Positions 57,323 to 64,000 of a stretch of DNA of 64,000 bases are shown here, one piece after another (within the stretch, counting starts at the first letter, position 1; every line of letters begins with the position of its first letter). Source of the DNA: Macrostomum lignano (taxonomy: Eukaryota); the NCBI GenBank assembly GCA_002269645.1, contig NIVC01000151.1, forward strand, positions 1-64,000. The letters are read 5' to 3'. The position numbers were made by a program, and so were the translations under genes. The notes beneath the pieces were generated by a model. That model had not been told where the DNA came from. It saw only the letters and a list, made by a program, of their open reading frames with translations, and searched no databases.

Positions 57323-60300
57323 ATGGGCAACACCGGGAGCAAGCTCTGTAACGACACAGAAGAGGACTGGAGCGTGGCAGCGAAGTACAAGGTGATAGGA
57401 GTTGGTGCTGGATCCGAGCTCATCAATTTGCCATCTGGTAGATCAGTTCATTATGACTACGAAGGTCTACCGGTTAACATTTACTTCAAACACGGAATGC
57501 ACGGTAAACACGAGACCATTCAAAACCCAAACATGCAGTCTTGGTGCAATGGGATCAGAAACAAAGAATGGAAGCTGGATTCACCGGCAGAGGGATTTAT
57601 TCATCTGAGCTATGACGGCAAACAGGAGGCAGAATATAAATATGAAACGAAGTCTATGTTTGCTGACAGGAAACGCAGAGAGCGGGAGCAAAGAATGCAA
57701 ACAGCTCGAGAGCAGCTGAAGCAGAGTGACAGAGAACGGACACTCTTTGACGAAAGAAAGATAAAAGAGCAGAAGATCAGCAGGATAGGATCCTAGAAGA
57801 AAACAGAAAAAAATGGGAGGCGTGGAATTCAGAAAGAAGCAGGGCATTAAACGCATTCAGCCGCAGAGAAGATAAGTTCAAAAGAAGGTGCCAGGAGATG
57901 CAAAAAGACAGGTTAGGCAGGCAGGCTGAGAGTTCTTCCCAGCAGAATAAGAATCGAGAAAAGCTTTTCTCTCAACTGCAGAAGCAAAAGACAGACTGGA
58001 AAACTAAAGGCCAACAGGATTTTCTGGAGGAAAAAAAAGAGGTGGAAAAGATTCGAATGGAAAGACTGGAAAGCTTTCGGCACCAAAAGGAGCGGATTAC
58101 GTCAGAGACAAGTGCAAGGTTTAACAGCCTCAATGCGGAAGCTGATCAACACAGAGCTCGTCTGCAAGCGCAGTTTAAAGAAAGGAAAGGTCGCTTTCAG
58201 AGCGAGATGCAGAAGAAGCAGATTGAGATGGAAGAGCATAGCTTGGAGATGAAGAAGAGACTGCAGTCGCAGCAGGAGGAGCTTGAAAAAGGAAGAAGAG
58301 AGTTCGAAGCTGAACTAGCTGAAAGGGAGGCCGATATCGCCAGAAGAATTGAAGAGCAGCGAGCAAAGATAAGGAGAAATCAGCAAGCGTCTGAGAACCT
58401 ACAGAAAACAGAGAAATTTGGACGGCAAGTGGCAACAGCAAGGGAAAACCATAGAGCAAAAGAAATGCAGAGATTGTTCAAAGGCTTGAGAGTCTCGATA
58501 CAGCATGTGCGCGGCAAGTGTGCAAAAGACTATGCAAGCCTTGGAGTTTCCGATGCTACTGTTGCAGATATCAGGAGCCAAATAGATAAAAGCATTGAAA
58601 ATGCTGTCGGAGATGTTTTTACCCGTCTCAAAGAAGCAAGTCAGAATGCGAGTGGTCAAAATGCTTTGAGAACTGTAGAAGCCGTTTCAAGATCGCAATT
58701 CCTGAATCATTTTCGTAGTCATTGGAAGTCACGAATTCCTCAGCCCAATAAAGAGAATCAAATGGCGACACACTTGTCGCTTCTTAAGCTTCTAGATGAA
58801 GAGTCGGCTGGCCAAGTGCTAGACGCTGCAAACAAGGTTCTCATAGAATTTTGCTTTCCGAAAACAGAAATCGACATGGTGTATTATGGCTTGCTGGTTT
58901 TGCTTTTTTTTAAAGAAAAATCCGCTGAAGACCTTTTGAACGAAGACGAGTTGGATGAACTTCTTCATCAGTTCCGTGACACAAATTGTGCCATACAACA
59001 TCTGGATAAGCTGCTAATGGCAAACAATCAGGATGAGACTAATCCTGTCATAAAAATTCTGCTGAAGCTACTCTTAGTGGCTGAAGATATTACTCGACTC
59101 TGGCCTGTCCAGAAAGCAGACACCGACTTGAAGAGACTTCGATCCGTCGTGACAGCAATGCTGAAAACTGCTGGCATCGCTGACTATCTGGATAAGAAAT
59201 CGGACACCGAATGTGTGGTTGAGCTCATTCTGTCAATGCAGCACTGGGATTCTGCAAGCACGCTCAAGCTAATGGAGCTCATTCACTCTAGTGACTCGAC
59301 ACCTGATCAAGTAAGACAGGTCGTCCAGATGATGATTTTGAGCCGCTGCGATTTAAAAGGTCTTCTGGATTCCAGCGAGACTATTTCAAAGGCCACCATT
59401 GAGCGACTTGAAAAGGATCAGGCAGCACAGAGGACTCTCGGCGAACTTCTAGCTGAACTTAAGGAATCAGGAGGATTTGAAGAGGATCAGCTTTTCAAGC
59501 TTGAAGATGTCGTCAGTAAAACCGCGAAATATTTTGATTTGTCCGGATTTGGCAAAGCAAAAAAACTATCGCCGAAAAGCTTAGCAAAATCAAACTATGG
59601 GAGCGTGGAAAGGAACCACCATTGCACAAAATTTTGATTGATCTGTCAAAGGCAGTGAGAAAATGTAAAGGATATCTTCCGAGGAACACACAGCTTCTCA
59701 GTGCTGCTGCCTTGCTCAAAAGCTCTGCTAGCAAGAAATTCGGACAAATTTTGCAGATTCTGACTGGCGAAGGAAAATCGTGCATTGTGGCAATGACCGC
59801 CGTCGGACTTCTGCTTCTCGGGAGGACGTCAGTTGACGTCGTTGCACCCTCTGAAGTTCTGGCTGAAAGAGACTGCCAAGAATGGCATGATTTTTATAAA
59901 GAATGCAAAGTTACCGTTAGCTGCAACATTAATCATAAAAAACCAAAAGAGTGTTATGAGTCCAAAATAGTGTATGGCACGGTGTCTTCATTTGCAGGTG
60001 ACGTTTTGCGGCACGAGTTCCAGTTTAAGGAAATTCGTGGCACAAGAAGCTTCGACGCAGTTATTGTGGATGAGGTCGATTCACTGCTGCTCGACCAGGG
60101 AGTGCAGCTAACGTATCTTTCTCAGGATGTGGGAGACATGAAAATTCTGGACCCAGTTTTTCCGACGACCTTTAGATCCCTACTTACTTTCGGCTTTAGT
60201 AAAGTTATTGGGTACTTAAAATCATCGACAAAGTTCGGAGCGGTGGCGAAAAATATGAGTTCAGTTGGAAGTAAACATTATTCCAAAGCTGGATCTTTGG

Positions 60301-63205
60301 TCACAAAGTTGGTTGGAGAAAATACTGTAAAAGTGCTCAAAGGTATAGTAGACAATCCCGTGTTTAAGTTTTTAGCAGACTTTGCTGTAACTGATGCTCA
60401 AAGACGGCTCATTGACAGTTTAATTTCTAAGTTAAAGAAGAATGTTGAAATTGATATCGAGGGAAAGTGCAACGAAGAAGCCCAGCGAGGAAGGCTGTAC
60501 GACATTGTTGTTCGAATAGCAGCTCCCATGTGCGTGCAGAAAAATCAAGCGACGGAAAAAATGAATGTATTAGATTTCTCCATGCTTACTCCGGAACTGC
60601 AAACCAATGTATTGAAGGCACTTAAAGAAGCCACGGAAGAGGCAGCACACAAAGTTCTGAACGATGCAGAAGCGATGGAAAAGGTCATGGATACAATAAA
60701 GTCATATCTGAGCAATTTAAACTCTGAATTAGCAGAACACTTTAAAGGGCTCCTAGTTTTCCTCAGGCTGGCAGCCGTAGCGGTGGATGCTGCAGCCATC
60801 GGAGTGCAGGCTGAGAACTTGAGAACTGTCGTTGGCAGCATTGTAAAAAAATATAGATTGTTTTTTAATTGACGGAAGCGACGATTGGGAAATCAAGTAC
60901 GACCCTAATCTCAAGCTAAAGGAAAAGAATATGAAAAATGTGGAGCAACTCAGCCAACTGACAAGCAAAGTCGGGCAGCAAATGCGGTCGCAAACCAGCG
61001 AAGTAGTCAGTGCTATACTAGAGGATTATTTAAGAAAGAGCATAGGAGACATGACAAGCCAAGCCGTAGATCAAGCCAAGAGAACTCTCTCGAAAACATT
61101 ATCAACTGCTAATAAGCAAAACAAGATGAATCATTCCTCCATGCCAAAAAAATACACACAGCAAGGAAAAAAACCGAGGAAGCCTAACGCATCAAAGGAC
61201 ACCAAAGTGGAGTTGTCTGGAGATGGCATCAGATTAAAAAAAGCAGGATCAGCTAAAAGTTAAAACAACAGATGATGACTTCAGTTTATCGGTACAACGC
61301 AACGACACTCAATTAGGCATCACGCACGGATCCATAGGAACGGAAGCCAAAGTAAAAAAGGGAAAACATAAAATAGCAGCAAGAACCAATGAACAAGAAG
61401 TTGCGTTAACCCTAGGCCACGGACAATACGAAGTCGAGGCCGGCGGAGGCGAACAAACCAAGCAAATCGGGATATACAAAAAGGAAAAAGAAACCAAAGA
61501 AGGAGCTCTAACAAAAAGAAAGTCCACCTCAAGACAAGGAATACACCTATCTAAGGACGAATCAAAAACCAGTTTTGCCTTTAAAACAGAAAATCAAACT
61601 ACACACAAAAACCCAAATCACAATAAAACTGAAAGAAAATGCGTAAGCGCAGGACTCCAATTCGAACAAGCTGGCACCAGTGTCGAGCTCGCGCAGTCGG
61701 ACGAGAAACGACAGGCCGAGTCAACTAAAGACGGCGACAGCAAAGAGCGCTCGAGTAAGCAAGAATCTAGCGCCAAGCTCGGTCTTGGACAAGCTGGCGC
61801 CAGTGTCGAGCTCGCGCAGTCGGACGAGAAACGACAGGCCGAGTCAACTAAAGACGGCGACAGCAAAGAGCGCTCGAGTAAGCAAGAATCTAGCGCCAAG
61901 CTCGGTCTTGGACAAGCTGGCGCCAGTGTCGAGCTCAAGGACTACTCAAGTAACATATATATAGGACGCAACACTCAAAATCTATGGTAAATGTTTTGAA
62001 GGCAACTTTTCGCCGAAAAATACACTACAGAGATAGGAGGTTTTAATTTTTTTAGCACAAACATTGTTATTGCTTTTGATAAGAGACAGATCCAGTGTTC
62101 ATCTTTTGATATGTTGTGCCTTTCTTATTGCTCTATCGATATTCATAAAGCTTTTCGTTCGGAAATAGTTTTAAAGGCAGGTTTCACCGGAAAAACACAC
62201 TACGGAGATGGGAAATTTCACGATTTTCAACACCAAAACAGTGATTGGGTCTCTCAACAGTTTCAGAGAAAGTCTTTTTGTGCCTCACATGCTGCTCTAA
62301 CGACGCATCAATCGATTTTTCATGTTAAATTGTTCTTGTCATTGTTTTAAAAGTTTTTTCAAGTGACAGACCAATTTAACATGAAAAATCGATCAATGCG
62401 TCATTAGAGCAGCATGTGAGGCACAAATAGTGTGATTAGGACTTTCTCTGACACTGTTAAGAGACCCAATCACTGTTTTAGTGTTGAAAATCGTGGAATT
62501 TCCTATCTCCATAGTGTATTTTTCCGATGAAACCTGCCTTTAAAACTATTTATAAACGAAAAGCTTTATGAATATCGATAAAGCAATGAGAAAGGCACAG
62601 CATATCAAAAGATGAACACTGGATCTGCCTCCTATCAAAAGCAATAACAATTTTTGTGCTGAAAAAATGAAAACCTCCTATCTCAGTGGTGCATTTTTCG
62701 GCGAAAAGTTGCCTTCAAAACATTTACCACAGATTTCGAATGTTGCGTCCTTCTACTTAAGTTGTCCTTGGTCGAGCTCGCGCAGTCGGACGAGAAACGA
62801 CAGGCCGAGTCAACTAAAGACGGCGACAGCAAAGAGCGCTCGAGTAAGCAAGAATCTAGCGCCAAGCTCGGTCTTGGACAAGCTGGCGCCAGTGTCGAGC
62901 TCGCGCAGTCGGACGAGAAACGACAGGCCGAGTCAACTAAAGACGGCGACAGCAAAGAGCGCTCGAGTAAGCAAGAATCTAGCGCCAAGCTCGGTCTTGG
63001 ACAAGCTGGCGCCAGTGTCGAGCTCGCGCAGTCGGACGAGAAACGACAGGCCGAGTCAACTAAAGACGGCGACAGCAAAGAGCGCTCGAGTAAGCAAGAA
63101 TCTAGCGCCAAGCTCGGTCTTGGACAAGCTGGCGCCAGTGTCGAGCTCGCGCAGTCGGACGAGAAACGACAGGCCGAGTCAACTAAAGACGGCTACTTCG
63201 GTTAA
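57323..63205 (+). CDS. Eukaryotic SecA-DEAD-like ATPase-domain protein (~1,680 aa reconstructed), interrupted by a foldback insertion
   Basis: MGNTGS start right after an intron (57213-57321); long E/K/R/Q coiled coil; PRNTQLLS...QILTGEGKSCI...VDVV...LAERD...IVYGT...FDAVIVDEVDSLLLD. ORFs 57323, 57898, 59622, 60931 and the ATG-less frame from ~61240 link through four single-base shifts in A runs (~57763, ~59560, ~60848, ~61238). Confidence 0.82.
61665..63193 (+). repeat. 123-bp (41-aa) coding tandem repeat, ~5.6 essentially identical copies, split by an insertion
   Basis: Unit ASVELAQSDEKRQAESTKDGDSKERSSKQESSAKLGLGQAG; ~2.2 copies before 61936 and ~3.4 after 62770. Confidence 0.95.
61936..62770. 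mobile_element. 835-bp foldback/MITE-like non-autonomous DNA transposon with an 8-bp TSD
   Basis: Starts CAAGGACTACTCAAGTA and ends TACTTAAGTTGTCCTTG. Arms 61936-62344 and 62360-62770 are imperfect inverted repeats around a 15-bp spacer. TSD GTCGAGCT at 61928-61935 and 62771-62778. Confidence 0.94.
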
Positions 63206-63522
63206 TTTCGTTGAGGCCCTTTTTCTATTGAGTATAAGGTCGTTCAATGTTTTTCGGTTAACTGTCCTAGACCCGTTTGTCAAGTTTTTTTCGGTGGTGG
63301 ATGTGGTTGTTTTTTCGGTACAATACGTTTATTAGTGTTTTTTAAGACTTCCATTATGTTTTTACCTGGGGTATTAGTAAGCACTTACATTGCTTTTTAA
63401 AATTGGGTTTTAGTCGTAGGTATAGTTTTTTGGAAGTTAACAAGCTTGCATTCGGGGTTTCTGTGAAATAGATAAGTCATGTGCTAGTTACTTATGAAGA
63501 GATTTACGGTCAATCTGAGATG

Positions 63523-64000
63523 CATGAGGTCCGGCCAAAATGGAACGAGAATTTAGCTACAAAAAAATTCAGAACAAATTATGCAAATTTAGTCAACTAC
63601 AGCCTTCAAATTAATTGCGGCCACTTTCAACCCATCGCCTCAATCGCTAGTGCCAGCTCCTGATGCAGCCCTGGAAGCCCTCCTTCATGACGCCCCTCAG
63701 CACCCTTGTCACACTCTCCTTGATGGCATCCTAGTTTTGAAATCTGGATCCTTTGAGGACCTGCTTCACCTTGTTAAAGAGCCAGGAATCACACAGCGCT
63801 ATATCTGGTGAATAAGGTGGGTGGCTCAACTCTGCGACCTATCTTTTGGCCAAAAACTGTCTCAATGTCTCGATGTTTAATTGCAGTTTTTTCTGACCGT
63901 CAGTGAGGAACTTTGGCCCCATCTTTGACGCTCTCCTATCCATCCTGGAATCGCTTGTGCCACTAATACACCCTTGCCTGAGACTTAGCATCTTCTCTAT
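63523..64000 (-). mobile_element. Decayed mariner transposon, running off the window edge
   Basis: One minus-strand frame from 64000 reads ASKMGPKFLTDGQKK...HPPYSPDIALCDSWLFNKVKQVLKGSRF...WH*RLRRWVESGRN*FEG, with four in-frame stops and the catalytic core deleted. TIR-like TGAGGTCCGGCCAAAA at 63525. Confidence 0.85.

Noticed and set aside
61936-62770. Foldback element spliced out as an intron, restoring the ORF
   Set aside because: The best GT (61950) and AG (62761) leave 31 extra nt including the TSD, which is out of frame; the alternative donor at ~61987 also fails to restore the frame.
45401-63205. Bacterial contaminant contig or a genuine secA gene
   Set aside because: Spliceosomal acceptors and donors (54790, 56018, 57213-57321), a myristoylation motif, eukaryotic TEs, no operon or Shine-Dalgarno pattern, and no SecA NBD2 or wing domains.

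Overview
Eukaryotic, most likely animal, genomic DNA. GC-rich spliced kinase genes with a private minisatellite in most introns resemble repeat-rich flatworm assemblies such as Macrostomum; this is an unverified inference. Left half: a 10-exon PFTAIRE kinase (CDK14-like, 4197-22096, +) whose 13-kb third intron holds a ~9.3-kb 92-bp higher-order satellite. It is followed by an internally deleted long-TIR mariner, an intact hAT transposase and a 5-exon DYRK2-like kinase (31584-35263, +). Middle: TE relics, including a gag-only Ty3/Gypsy LTR element flanked by a 75-bp direct duplication. Right third, the most interesting part: a head-to-head pair of large intron-poor genes. The minus-strand gene encodes ~3,200 aa of beta-solenoid-like sequence with filamentous-haemagglutinin-like N-x-G motifs and one ankyrin-like repeat. 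The plus-strand gene encodes ~1,680 aa with an N-myristoylation motif, a coiled coil, a SecA-type first ATPase domain only, and 41-aa C-terminal repeats interrupted by an 835-bp foldback element with an 8-bp TSD. Most frameshifts in the window sit in homopolymer runs and are probably assembly errors. All family calls come from motif reading; no database search was run.
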